Below are positions 44,521 through 59,344 of a DNA stretch of 64,000 nucleotides, in pieces. The position numbers and the translations under genes were made by a program. The stretch covers positions 22,878,001-22,942,000 of the forward strand of contig OZ024760.1 of the NCBI GenBank assembly GCA_964016885.1. Reading direction: 5' to 3'. Position 1 is the first letter of the stretch. Each line of letters starts with the position of its first letter. The notes below the pieces were generated by a model, which worked only from the letters and a program-made list of their open reading frames with translations, was not told the origin of the DNA and did not search any database. Source of the DNA: Eledone cirrhosa (taxonomy: Eukaryota).

Positions 44521-47518
44521 TTGTTATACTTTGGGAGGGTCATGTTGCAAATAAGAAACACACGCACCATTGCTTTCACTTCAATTTATTATAATAAACT
44601 TATCAATTTAGGAGTCTATAAATTTCCGGTTGGTTCGTTGGTTCCACAACCAGATGGTTGTTTATATATTGTCAAAGTTCTTTCGTCACACATTCTGTGG
44701 CCTCTTCAGTGACTGGGGATTCTTTTCTCTGTTTTTGTGCCTATCTTTTTTTCTGTCCTACGCCATTTTGTTTCTGTGTGTGTGTTGTGTGCTCAGTCTG
44801 CGCAGGCGCCACACCCGGGTGTCTGTATGTGTTTATATTCGTTTATTTATTTGTTTATTTACATGTTACAGGTTGGTTGTTTGTACTATGTGCGTGTGTG
44901 TTTTCATTTTGTCCTTAATTGTAAGTTGTGATGTTGCTGTTCCACTCATGTTTTCTATTTAATTATGGTTGTAATTCTTTTATGTTTATTGCTTCTGTGA
45001 TTTGTCTAAACATAGCGTCTTTTCTGTGTGTAGATTCTATTTTTATTTCTATGTTCTCTAATTTACCCTTATGTTCTATTTTAGCATGTTGGTAGAGTAC
45101 AGTTGATTCTTTACTATCTTGAAGGTCTCGCCAGTGTTCATTAACCGTTCCCCTACACTACGAGCTGTCTCACCTATGTACACTATATTTTTGTCTCTAC
45201 ATTGTCCTTCAGTACATCTTATGCTATATACTACATTTCTAGTTTTACAGTTAATATGGGGGCTTAATTTACAGGTTATACATTTCTAATCTATACATGA
45301 GGGTCTTTGAAAAGGGTATATCTTGCTAATAAGTGTTTTTCGGAGGTACCTTGTCTTTCTACTATCTTAATATTGAGTTTATGTTTATTTAGGGCCCTTC
45401 TAAATTTGTAAGCTAATTCGCCTCTAGGGGTTGTATCGATGAACATTACACTCTGGTATTTATTGCTATCATACCATGAGTTTATTCTATTAGCCTTATT
45501 CCTAGTTCTTTCTATTCTATTCCAAAATTTGCTCCTGTACAAGGGGCAGGTCCCATTTGTGTCATTATTTACCATTTTTTCCCATTTGGTTCTGGCTCCT
45601 CTATACACTCTGATTTTATCTCTCTGATTGTAACCAGAGAACTGCATACGGTGGATGAAGTGTTGTATGTGTCTCTCTAGTTCTTCGGGGTTGCACACGC
45701 GGGACACGTTTCTCATCACCCGTACAACAGCCGCAATCAGTATGTTGATTTCGGTATGGTCCGAAACAGCTGAGTTTCGGTGGATGAGATATTTGGAAGT
45801 CATGGGTTTGGCATAATGGGAATGGAGGATTTGTTTTTTGTTATTAATGGTATCTAACCAGAGCTCTGTGTCTAGTACAGGTAATCGATGGTTGGGGTGT
45901 TTACTTGGGTAGTCTATAGTAACTCTAATACTCTGGTGGATGGAGTTAGCTATTTGCTGGATGCTTTCCATTGTGTTTTTCTCTACTTCCTGACTGTTCT
46001 CTAGTGGGGGTGTTTTAACTACGATGTTTATGTCATCAACGTAGCGGGAGTACATTATCAGGGTTAAGGGGTCTTCTAATTGTTCTTTAAGTTTAAGTTT
46101 AAGTCCATTGTCCCAACATACCATGAATAAGTTAGCTATGTCGCCTGCAATGCTAATACCAATGGCTGCTCCTTCCTCTTGGGCATATGTTTTTCCATTA
46201 AATTTGAACATATGTTCCTTAAGGGTTAATTTCATGCTGTCCCCCCCGCCACATGTGCAATCATTTTCTTTAGTTCATCGTGGTTTTCGGGTGTCCGTAA
46301 GGCTCTGGTCCATCCGTTCCATCTATCTGTGTGGGTTTTCTTGGCCATTGAGGTAATGGTAGGTGGTCTGCCTCTTGCTGGTCTTGTAGGGCACAGGTTG
46401 CCAAGGTCATATGTGTCTAGGTAATTATTACTATAGGTAAGTTTAAGTAGGAGTCCCAGTTCACTGTTATCAATCACACGGAATTCAACATTGCTCTCAC
46501 TGATCATTTCTACGCATTTCTCTACAGCAAAATCCATGTCAATAGATGGATACAGGGACACAACATCCATACTGCTATTTATGCAGTTTGTTAGGTCCCT
46601 AGATCGGTTACCTTCGTTGATTCTGCTGAGAAGGTCCACCGTGCTGTAACATATATTTGGGGACATTTCAATGATGGGGCGTATGATCAGGGTGAGGAAG
46701 TAGGAAAGTCTGTAGTTACTAGCAATATTAGCTCCAGAGACTGGCCGTGATGGTGGTCCTGTGACATGGTCACTGCTCGTTTTATGGTCTTTTCGAAGCC
46801 GATACGCCGCTGGCACGTCATTGTTCCAGGCCTGGAAGTTGTTGGCAGTCCTTTTGTTGGGCTGCATTATGTTTGTCCACATCATCATATGGGCATTGAG
46901 GGCTTTTTCCCTATCATCATGCTCTTGTGGTGTTACATCTCTTGTGTTAGTGATGTGGGGTTGCATTGCCTGGATGTAGTTTGACTGACTCTCAACCGAT
47001 ATTCTGCCAGACTTGTCTGTTGGAAAGCATGCACTCTCTCCATTACGCGAGCGCTGCATGAGCTTACGCAAGCCATTTGCAGATTTGTCTCCCAGTTGCT
47101 GGGCCTCGATTCTATTTTGCTTCTTACTATACTGTTCTATAATGTTTCTAAGTTTAGATCTAGCTATACTAAATTGTGCTTCTGTTTGTTCATCGCACTG
47201 CGACGGCAATTGCGTGTGTTTGTTAAAAGCTAAAGTCGTGGCGTGGACTGGTCGCAGGTCGAAAGACTTATCGGAAGGATTATAAAAAGTAGAGTTCCAG
47301 GCTGCTGCTTTATGTGTACTATTGCTATTGTTATTGTTAATTGTGTTGTTTCTATTTCTATTTCCACCAACAGCCTCATGGTTGTTTCTATGTCTCTCAT
47401 TATTACTCCTGTCTCTTTCCTCTGGCTCATTGTTATTATCTACTCTATTTTGTTTGTCTGTGTGTTCGCCCTGGTTATTTTCTCTGTCAGTATTGATAGT
47501 CTCCCTTCTTCTTTCAAT
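44521..47518 (-). mobile_element. Penelope-like retroelement (Neptune-like): RT, Cys-rich linker, GIY-YIG and a 3' UTR with HHR; 5' truncated and frameshifted
   Basis: PTDKSG, SMDVVSLYPSID, EGAAIGISIAGDIANLFM, RYVDDI, LPVLD; linker C-x4-C-x2-C-x7-C; NVVYSIRC...VYIGETARSVGER...EH...H...RQITEAINI at about 44950-45240; ends in (TA)n. Confidence 0.93.
44671..44713 (-). ncRNA. Hammerhead ribozyme in the PLE 3' UTR/pLTR
   Basis: GTCA CTGAAGA G GCCACA gaatg TGTGAC GAAA GAAC TT TGAC, in the sense orientation of the ORF. Confidence 0.75.
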
Positions 47519-47531
47519 ATATATATATACA

Positions 47532-47592
<61 letters not shown>

Positions 47593-47668
47593 GCATGACT
47601 GTATGAACGAATATATCTACCTCTATCCACCGGTGTGTTGATGGTGAATATATATATATATATATATA

Positions 47669-47850
47669 ATTGTTTCTACTTTTGGCACAAGGCCAGCAAT
47701 TATCCCAGTGCATTCATTACTGGTACTTAATTTTATCGACCCTGTAAGAATGAAAGGCAAAGTTAACCTCTGCGGGATTTGAACTCTACTGTATGTGTCC
47801 GTAACTCTTTTCTCCCAGGCTTGGCGTCCATCCCTCTACCGATTTTACCA
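47669..47850 (-). mobile_element. SINE family 1 copy
   Basis: Reverse complement of the consensus; explains the first residues of ORF 46232-47713. Confidence 0.8.
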
Positions 47851-48455
47851 TAATATATAATGTGTGTGTGTATAATTTTTATTTTTGATTTGTGTTACTC
47901 CTTCGACTGAGGCCAAACCGGAGCCAAGCTGGAGCTCTACTGTGATGCCTGATAGTCGATAATATCATGTCAATTACATATGTTTCATCCTGATGTATAG
48001 GATTCTTCGGAGTCCGGATGGGCCTACTAGATAAGAGAATAGATAGAGAAGGACGGAGGGAGGGGAGAGTAGTGAGCGGTGTTAAAAGAGAGTGAATGGT
48101 GTGTAGAGAGAGTGAGAACGTAAAGGGTGTGAGGAAAGAGGGAGAAAAGTACAGAGAGAGAGAGAGCTCCAAGTGGGTGTGAGATAAGAGAATTTGCGTA
48201 GAGAGACGGATGTTGTGAGGAGAGGAAAGAGAAAGGACTGGGGGGAGAGAGATGAAGAGAGAGAGAGATTTAAATGTGTGTAAGGAGAAAGGAAGTTTGC
48301 GTAGAGAAAGAGAAACGGATGTGTGGAGTGGAAAGGGAGTAAGAGAGAAAGTAAGGGTGTGGAAGAGAGAGAGAGAGGGGGGGGCTTTAAGTGTGTGTGA
48401 GGAGAAAGATAATCTGCATAGAGAGAGAGTGACGGATGTGAGGTGAGGAGAGGTA

Positions 48456-48521
<66 letters not shown>

Positions 48522-48729
48522 TGTGTGTGAGGAGAAAGAGAAATTGCTTAGAGAAAGAGTGACGGATGCGAGGAGAGGATAGGTAGAAAGAGAGATAGGA
48601 CGGGTGTGGGAGAGATGAAGAGAGAGAGAGAGTTAGAGAGGGGTTAAACTAATATTTTCGATATACACACTTTAGAATAATGTTCTATCATAGAACCAAG
48701 GGGGGGGGGGGGGTTAATATATATTATAT

Positions 48730-49400
48730 GTGTATATATATGTCTATGTATATGTCTGTTTATATATGTATATGTGTGCTATATATATTTGTGTATCTGT
48801 GTCTATATAAATCTATGTGTATGTGTGTTTATATATGTATATGTGTGCTATATATATTTGTGTATATGCGTCTATATATGTATATGTGTGTGTGTTTATA
48901 TATGTATATGTGTGCTATATATAATTGTGTATATATGTCTATATATATCTATGTATATGTGTGTTTGTATATGTATATGTGTGCTATATATATTTGTGTA
49001 TATGTGTCTATATATGTCTATGTATATATGTGTTTATATATGTGTACTATAAATATGTGTGTATATGTGTCTATATATGTCTATGTGTATGTGTGTTTGT
49101 ATATGTATATGTGTGCTATATATATTTGTGTATTTGTGTCTATATCTATCTATGCGTATGTGTGTTTGTATATGTATATGTGTGCTATATATATTTGTGT
49201 ATATGTGTCTATATCTATCGATCTATATATGTGTTTATATATGTATATGTGTGCTATATATATATATATATGTATATGTTTCTATAGATATATATGTGTA
49301 TGTGTGTTTATATATGTGCATATGAGCTATATATATTTGTGTATATGTGTCTATATATGTATATATATATATGTTTATAGATGTACATGTGTATCTCTGC
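48730..49400. repeat. Degenerate minisatellite (about 68 bp) built from TA/TG repeats
   Basis: GTGCTATATA recurs at about 48776, 48845, 48912, 48981, 49113, 49182 and 49251. Confidence 0.7.
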
Positions 49401-49755
49401 GTGTATATATGTGTGTCTGTATATATATGTATATGAATATGTGTATATGTGTATCTATGTAAATATATGTCAATGTGTATCTATGTATGTATGTATGTAT
49501 TTGTTTCTATATGTATATGCATCTTTATTTGTGTATGCATATCTATATGTATATATGTATGCCTACATATGTATATATGTATGTATGTCTTTATATATAT
49601 GTGTGTGTATGTGTGACTCTCTCTCTATATATGTATGTATTTTTATATATGTATATATCTATGTATGTCTTTATATGTATGTATATATATATTTGTGTCT
49701 GTATATGTATATACATATATGAAAATCTCTCTCTCTGTTTAGATATATGTGTATA

Positions 49756-49793
<38 letters not shown>

Positions 49794-49845
49794 AATATAT
49801 ATATACATATATATGTACATATATGTATATATAAATATATATATG

Positions 49846-49886
<41 letters not shown>

Positions 49887-50061
49887 TTATATATATATGT
49901 ATATAAATATATATATATATGTATATATTTATATATACATATATATATATATATGTGTATATATATATATGCATGTATATATATATACATGTACATACAT
50001 ATATGCATGTATATATATATATATATATGTACATACATATATGGATGTATATATATATATG

Positions 50062-50134
<73 letters not shown>

Positions 50135-50140
50135 ACATAC

Positions 50141-50185
<45 letters not shown>

Positions 50186-50449
50186 TACATACATGAGTTT
50201 ATCTGTCTGTATGATGGTTTAGGAATCTGGTGTATCTGTGTATATATATCTGGGGAAAGTGTGAATATGGAGCCAAACAAGGCCAGAGAAAGTTGAGTTC
50301 AAACCCTAGGGAAATCAATATGAGAGTTGGGTTCCTCTTTTGCTATTCTTCTTGATTTTATAAACATTTTTTTTCATTTTATTTGGTTTTTGTTGAATTT
50401 CAAAAAGGTTTTTCCGATATTTTCCTTTCATCAATATGTCTTGTAATAT

Positions 50450-52520
50450 TGTTCCTGTTGTTGTTGTTCTTGTTGTTATTGTTGCTGTTTGATATTGGTT
50501 TGATGCTGTTGTTGTTGCTGCTCTTGTTTTGTTGTTGTTGTTTTTTATGTTGTTGTTGTTATTGTTGTTTTTGTTGTCGTTGTTTTTGTTTTCGTTATTG
50601 TTGTTGCTGTTTGATATTGTTTTGATGCTGTTGTTGTTGCTGCTCTTGTTTTGTTGTTGTTGTTTTTTATGTTGTTGTTGTTGTTGTTTTTGTTGTCGTT
50701 GTTTTTGTTTTCGTTATTGTTGTAGCTGTTTGATATTGTTTTGATGCTGTTGTTGTTGTTGATGTTGTTGTTGATTTTTTGTCGTTGATGTTGTTGACGT
50801 TGTTGTCGTTGTTGTTGTTGTTGTTGCTATTTGATATTGTGTTGATGCTGTTGTTGTTGTTGCTCTTGTAGTTGTCGTTGTTTTGAAATTGTTGTTGTTG
50901 TTGATGGTGTTGTTTTTGTTGTCGTTGTTGTTTTTGTTGTTGCTGTTTGATATTGTGTTGATGCTGTTGTCGTTGTTGCTCTTGTAGTTGTTGTTGTTGC
51001 TCTTGTAGTTGTTGTTGTTGCTCTTGTAGTTTGTTGTTGTTTTGTAATTGTTGTTGTTGTTGATGGTGTTGTTTTTGTTGTCGCTGTTGTTGTTGTTGTT
51101 TTTGGTGATGTTGTTGCTGTTTGATATTGTTTTAATGCTGTTGTTGCAGTTGTTGCTGTTGTTGCTGTTGTAGTTGTTGTAATTCTCACTGCTGCTGGGT
51201 TGTTTCTTTTCATGAGCTTTTTTTTTAATTGTGTTTTTTTTTAAATTATTATCTTGTGTTTATCATGTTGTTGTTGGTCTTGTTGTTGTTGTGGTTACTG
51301 CTGCTGTTGCTGCAGCTGCTATTGGTCATGGTGGTGTTGATGATAGCGATGATGACGAGGATAGTGATGTTGGTGATGATGATGATGATGATGATGATGG
51401 TGATTATGATGGTAGTGTTGGTGATGATAGTGTGTGATGGTGATGTTGATGATGTTGATGGTGATGATGATGATAACGAGTGTGTTGGTGTTGTTGGTGA
51501 TGATGATGATGATGATTATGATAATGATGATAATGATAATGATGATGATGATAATGATTGTGGTATTGATGATGTTGATGGTGATGATGATGATAACGAG
51601 TGTGTTGGTGTTGTTGGTGATGATGATGGTGATGATGATACTGATGATAATGATGATGATGATGATAATGGTTGTGGTGCTGATAATGTTGATGGTGATG
51701 ATGATGATAACGAGTGTGTTGGCGTTGTTGATGATGATCATGATGATGATGATGATGATAATGATTGTGGTGCTGCTGCTGCTGCTGATGATGATGATAG
51801 TGACTGTGGTGGTGATGATGATGATGATGATGATAATGATTGTGGTGCTGATGATAATGGTGATAGTGATGATGATGGCGATGATGATGATGATGCTTAT
51901 GGTGGTGATACATTAGCATATTTTGTAGTTTTATTGGTTGTTTATATTGTTATTATTGTTATTGTTGTTGTTGCTGTTATTGTTGTTATTATTGTTGTAT
52001 TTGTTATTATTGTTGTTGTTGTTGTTGTTGTTGTAATTGATTGATTGGTGTTATCGATATATTTGTTCTTTTAATTGTGGATGTTGTTTTGTCCTTTGTT
52101 GTTGTTGTCTTTGGTTATTGTTGTTGATGTGGATGTTGTTGTTTGTATCTTGTTGATGTTGTTGTTGTTGTTGTTGTTGTTATTGTTGTTGTTGTGGACG
52201 TTGTAGATGTTGTTGATGTGGATGTTGTTGTTTGTATCTTGTTGATGTTGTTGTTGTGGACGTTGTAGATCTTGTTGATGTGGATGTTGTTGTTTGTATC
52301 TTGTTGATGTTGTAGCTGCTGTTGTTGTTGTTGTTATTGTTGTTGTTGTGGACGTTGTAGATGTTCTTGATGTGGATGTTGTTGTTGTTGTTGTTGTAGG
52401 TGTTGATCTTCTCTCATGATGTCGTTCGTAATGTTGTTGATGTTGATGTTGTTGATGATGTAGTTGTTGATGTTGGTGTAGTTCTTGTCGTTGTTGTTGT
52501 TGTTACAGCTGCTATTAATA
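50450..52520. repeat. (GTT)n and (GAT)n trinucleotide block with internal duplications
   Basis: GTT and GAT runs; GATAACGAGTGTGTTGG occurs three times. Confidence 0.92.
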
Positions 52521-52529
52521 TCAATGCTG

Positions 52530-52673
52530 TTTGGCAGTATAGAGCTACGGTCCTTTACGGTTCAAACCCCGCCGAGGTTAACTTTGCCTTTCATCCTTAC
52601 GGGGTCGATAAAATAGAGTACCAGTAATGTACTGGTTAATTTCTGGCCTTGTGCCAAAAGTAGAAACAATTAT
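52530..52673 (+). mobile_element. SINE family 1 copy with an internal deletion
   Basis: B box, central domain and tail present. Confidence 0.8.
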
Positions 52674-53354
52674 AATGGCGTCTGATTAAGTCCTTTCACT
52701 TGTCTATTACTTGTGTATGTGTTGCGTCTTTTTGCAGTGTTTAGCTTCAGGTTAGATTTCATCAAGAGGTATGAGATAAAAAAGTTTCCATATCAGCCCT
52801 GAAACGTGCAATACAAGTAAAGTAAACCGATGAAAATAGTTAGGATGCAATCTTTAACCGATGTTATAAAGTATGATTGCTATTTTATCGAGTCAGAACA
52901 ATCTACCCAATAATGAGAAACTAAAATGCCTTCTATAAATGGTGACATTAAACAGACACCAGTAGAGTCATGTCATTCAGAATAAGAGAATATGAGACCG
53001 ACAACGTGTTGAAAGTTAAAACCACGAAAGAAAGTTATGGCTTGGAATTGAATATAAAAGGATATTAAAGAAACATGACCCAGATTTTAAGAAGTCTTGT
53101 GTATGGATGTTGGTACAGCGACCCTACGCGATCTAGGGTGTTGGGGGACCATATATGCACACACACACACACACGTACACACCACGCACACACACACACA
53201 GCCACACATGTATATATTTGTATATATAAATGTATATATATATATGTGTATAGATATATTTGAATATAGATATATTTGTATATATAAATGTATATATATA
53301 TATGTGTATATATGTGTGTATATATATGTATATAAGTTTATATATGTATATATG

Positions 53355-53409
<55 letters not shown>

Positions 53410-53558
53410 GTTTGTGTATATATATATATATATTTATATGTTTGTATATATATATATATATATATTTATATGTTTGTGTATATATATATATATATATATT
53501 AATGTTTGTGTATATATATATATATTTATGTTTGTGTATATATATATATATTTATGTT

Positions 53559-53609
<51 letters not shown>

Positions 53610-53612
53610 GTT

Positions 53613-53655
<43 letters not shown>

Positions 53656-53896
53656 GTTTGTATATATATATATATATATATATATATGTGGGTGTGCGTG
53701 TTTCTGGTCATGTATCAAATGTCACATCAGCAGTTATCTGTTGCACTCACACGTGTACCAAGTTCATCAACCACCATATGCTCCCCGAGGGCTCATATTT
53801 TATATATTACAACATATGTGATCTTTATAGCAATGAGTTCCCAAAATTCCATATACACCATATTACTACCGTACGCTCACACACATACACCCATCA

Positions 53897-53946
<50 letters not shown>

Positions 53947-54080
53947 CATGTAAGTGTGTGTATGTTTCTATATAATTACATACATATTCACAGATGCAAC
54001 TAAGTGCGTGTTTTTGTCGATATATTTATATTTATATATACACATATATGCATGTGTATGTTTGTGTAAATACATATATT

Positions 54081-54150
<70 letters not shown>

Positions 54151-54240
54151 TATATATGTATGTGTGTGTGTGCGTGTTATATATATATATTTATATTGTT
54201 ACTTCTTTGTATATGTATGAACAAGCATGTGTTTGTATGT

Positions 54241-54338
<98 letters not shown>

Positions 54339-54359
54339 GTGTGTGAGTGTGTGGTTATT

Positions 54360-54413
<54 letters not shown>

Positions 54414-54482
54414 GTGAGTGTCTCTCTCTTTCTCTCTATATATACATTTACGTGTTTGTATATGTATGAACAACCATGTGTT

Positions 54483-54518
<36 letters not shown>

Positions 54519-54706
54519 CTGCGGTTCTTTGAATATTTATTTATATTAAATTCTGTTCCGTGGGGTATATAATATATTTCTGTATATATTTACACTTCCA
54601 TTACGTCGGTGGGTTCATGGAATCCCGGAATGCATCTCTGAATTTAAATAGATAGACATACAGCATACAGCTGTGTTTTTTGTTAATATATATATATATA
54701 TATATG

Positions 54707-54885
54707 AATCGGTAGAGGATTGGACGCCATGCTTTTCAGCATAGAGTTACGCCCAATTACTGTCTGAGTTCAAATCCCGCCGTGGTTAATTTTGTCTTCA
54801 TCCATTCGGGGTCGATGAAATTAAGTACCAGTAATGCACTGGAATATAAATGCTGGCCTTGTGCCAATAGTAGAAACAATTATAT
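54707..54885 (+). mobile_element. SINE family 1 copy
   Basis: Consensus motifs. Confidence 0.85.
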
Positions 54886-55107
54886 AAATATATATATAAA
54901 TATATATATAAGTATGTACACATAGTATGTATATATATATACATGCACACATATATATATGTATATATATATATACATACTACTGTACGTATGTATACAT
55001 ATATATATATGTACGTGTACATACTTATATTTAAGTAACAGCCGTACTAAGAGTCGGAAATGAAATTTCGTTTCATTTTTTCCGTTTATATATATTTATA
55101 TATATAT

Positions 55108-55516
55108 AACAAAGGAATTGTGGTAAGGAACTAGATGGACCATAATGCACCAGAGTACTCAATACTTAGGGTAGTAGAGTGGGAAATAGGAAAAAAGAAA
55201 AAAAGTATGACCCCGACGGCAGAGCTCAAGCCGTTTCGACAGCTACGTGTTTGTATATGTATGAACAAGCGTGCGTTTGTATATATATATATATATATAT
55301 ACATATATATATTTGCTGCGGTTGTTTGAATATTTCTTTATATTAAATTCTGTTCCGTGGGGTATATAAGAGTACTCAATACTTAGGGCTCATATTTTAT
55401 ATATTACAATATATTGCTATAAGGATCATATTTTATATATTACAACTCATTGCTATAAGGATCACAAAAATAGCTGTCGAAACGGCTTGAGTTCTGCCGT
55501 CGGGGTCATACTTTTT

Positions 55517-55520
<4 letters not shown>
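55108..55520. mobile_element. Family B inverted insertion with a mosaic filler
   Basis: Inverted tail and end at 55108-55245; sense end at 55468-55520. Confidence 0.75.
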
Positions 55521-55585
<65 letters not shown>

Positions 55586-55787
55586 TAGTTTGACAATCGC
55601 TACCGACGAATGCGAGGAAGTTCTCCAGGAAAGTTAACCAGGAATTTTTAAAATTCTTCCTACCGAAGTTAACAAAAACTTACTAATTCTACCTACTTAT
55701 AATATTATAATATAAAATGAAATCAAATCGTTTAGAACTAAGAGTGAAGTCATTCTTTTCCTTTTTTCAAATACACACACACACACT

Positions 55788-55854
<67 letters not shown>

Positions 55855-56271
55855 TTAGGTATTAATTTAATGCTTGCACTATCTTTAATGCTTATAATAT
55901 TTCTCCACACACAGACTATATCAATCATATAAAGACTTTGCCACCAGACCTACCAACCTAACACTCTTATTTACCTACCTAAGTGCCTCTACCACACATA
56001 TCTCTCTGCCACACTATATAAACAAGACGCACATGCGTGCCACACATATAACATTTGCACTATATAACCACTTATCTTCATGTTGTACTTTAACCTATAT
56101 CTTTGATTTTTGATTGTAATATAAATGTAATCTCGAAGTGTGTACTGCCACTCTAAATTCTGTAATGAATGTTGACCCGCAATGTTTGAATATGTATCAA
56201 TGTTTGAATATGTATTTGGTATGTCTCTCGGCTGAAAAGGAGGTCATATAACTGTCCATGCATTAATAAAT

Positions 56272-56318
56272 TGCTCCGAAGAATCCAAACCTCGGTTTGG
56301 AGGAAACAGCTGTAAGCA
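56272..56318 (+). ncRNA. Hammerhead-like motif with a CCGAAGA core
   Basis: TGCT CCGAAGA A TCCAAAC ctcg GTTTGGA G GAAA CAGCTG TA AGCA; all three stems pair; about 40 nt upstream of (TA)n. Confidence 0.65.
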
Positions 56319-56349
56319 CAATAATGTTTTGAACAGTTCTTTGATTCTT

Positions 56350-56384
<35 letters not shown>

Positions 56385-56667
56385 TTCATGAAATAGTCTT
56401 TTAAGACTATACAGAGCATTTGATGTTATTCCAAATTGAAGGATAAGTGTTTCAAACTTTATTTTATCATGAGTTAAAGGTCTATAGATTTTTCCCTGGA
56501 TTTTACTAAATTCTGTGGAGGAATTTATATCCTGATTCTCTTTTGAGATGAGTTTGAGTTATTTTTCCTAAATCTTTCGTTAACTACTTTTCCCATCTTG
56601 ACCTTATAGTCGCATATATGTTATAGAATGCCGTTAGCCTCTTGCTTACACAATCTCTATACCTCTC

Positions 56668-56714
<47 letters not shown>

Positions 56715-56791
56715 GTAATTCCGTCGGAAAGGTCCATGAAAAAGAGTGCTCTATGTAGGTTACAGAGCTTAATAGTTATGTAATAAACAAC

Positions 56792-56845
<54 letters not shown>

Positions 56846-56886
56846 TATGGTTATGTAATAAATAGTTATGTAATAAACGACATGAG

Positions 56887-56931
<45 letters not shown>

Positions 56932-57576
56932 ACTGGAAGCTTAATAAAATCGAAGCTTTGTCTGTGCCCAGGCAAAGTCGACCTACAATAAGGAATGAGT
57001 AGCAAAGCACTCAATAAGGGTAGGTCATACGTTCAAATAGCTTGACAAATTGAAAATTGCGGTAGGCAAAACGCAAACATACAATACCGAAACAACGAAA
57101 CAACTAATCAGGTTAGACAACAGACCTGGTCAGATCGAACGATATTCTGCAATACGTTGGATATGTTTCTATAAATCCCCATTTCATCAATCCAACTTAC
57201 GTAACACGTAAGCTTGTAGTGTTCCATGATCGAAGAGGGGATTCATTTCGTCAACAGGCTTCATCAACAGGCGTTCTATTGCCTCAAACTGGTGTGAACG
57301 AGCTAAATGCGACCGCCATAATTTATTTCTCGCATTACAGTCTAGTTAATAGTTAACATATTACAGTGATATGCTCTACTCTAATTCTAATAAAACACAG
57401 CCATATGTTATGTCTGACACTGCAAAAGTATTCATGGTAGAGCTAATATGCTCTGCTATTGGGATTACTTTTAATCTTATTGATAACGTTGTTGTTAATA
57501 TCGTTATTTCTATTATTGTTATCTTTATTCGTAAATGTAGGAATGTATATATAGAATTTGACATTATATTCGCGAG

Positions 57577-57767
57577 GGCGGTGGATTGGCAGTATGGGTA
57601 GAGTGTTTGACGCCATGCTTTCCAGCATAGTTACGTCCCTTTATGATCTGAGTTCAAATCCCGCCGAGGTTGACTTTGCCTTTCATCCTTACGGGGTCGA
57701 TAAAATAAAGTACCAGTAATGCACTGGAATATTGCTGGCCTTGTGCCTAAAGTAGAAACAATTATAT
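57577..57767 (+). mobile_element. SINE family 1 copy
   Basis: Consensus motifs. Confidence 0.88.
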
Positions 57768-58123
57768 TCACGAATTAGAATATAAAGTGTATATATTTCT
57801 TACGTTTATTTTTATAATACGGTTTTTTTATGTTATATTGCATACATGTTTGGTGATGTATCTTTTTAACACATACGCACACACGCACACACACATATAT
57901 ATATATATACGTATATGCGTATATATATGTGTGTTTCTTTGTGTTGGTGTAAATATATCTATATCTATATATATATATGTTTACATATGTGTATATACGT
58001 GCAAGTGTGTATATATATATAGATATATATATGCGTGTGTGTGTGTGTATACACACACATGTTTTTTTGTGTAAATAATTATATGTATGTGTTCATATAT
58101 ATATATACGTGCGAGCGTATACA

Positions 58124-58188
<65 letters not shown>

Positions 58189-58392
58189 ATACATTTGAAG
58201 ACTAAAATCCAAAGAGGGCTCGATAAGGATAAATATATATCAAATATATAATAACTGTAGAGCAAATATTTATTAAAATAACAGATTAAAGTTTAAGCAA
58301 AGAATCGCTGATTTCACCCTTAACGGGATACTAAATATATAAATATATATTTATAAATATATATTTATAAATATATATTTTATATATATATA

Positions 58393-58448
<56 letters not shown>

Positions 58449-58450
<2 letters not shown>

Positions 58451-58656
58451 CGAAGGAAATGTGGTAAGGAACCAGATGGACCATAACGAACCAAAGTACT
58501 CAATACTTAGGGTAGTAGAGTGGGTAATCGGTACGAGTAGGACCCCAACGGCTCAGCTCAAGCCGTTTCGACGGCTAATTCTGGACTAAAATCATTTTAG
58601 TCCAGAATTAGCCGTTGAAACGCCTTCAGCTCAACCGTTGGGATCCTACTCGTTCC

Positions 58657-58658
<2 letters not shown>
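58449..58658. mobile_element. Family B inverted insertion with tail
   Basis: Palindrome centre GGACTAAAAT C ATTTTAGTCC; tail on the left arm. Confidence 0.8.
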
Positions 58659-58749
<91 letters not shown>

Positions 58750-58970
58750 GTATATATATGTACAGGCGGGATGGTTGTTTGTGTTCATAAACCCCGCTTG
58801 TGTATGTTTGTATGTGTCTAGTATTATATGGTATATAGTATATACCATCAACTTTTACTATATTTGCGCTAACACCTTTCAAACGGTGAATTCCATTTGA
58901 CGTAAATATATTGGGTTATGTATATAGACAGTATATTTGTCTATACTAAATTTATAATGTATTAATACAT

Positions 58971-59124
<154 letters not shown>

Positions 59125-59125
59125 G

Positions 59126-59230
<105 letters not shown>

Positions 59231-59237
59231 ATATATA

Positions 59238-59295
<58 letters not shown>

Positions 59296-59313
59296 TATAC
59301 GTGTGTATATATA

Positions 59314-59344
<31 letters not shown>

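Noticed and set aside
51229-52044. Asp-rich ORF with hydrophobic ends resembling a biomineralisation or membrane protein
   Set aside because: Fully explained by GTT and GAT repeats; non-ATG start; several frames are equally open.
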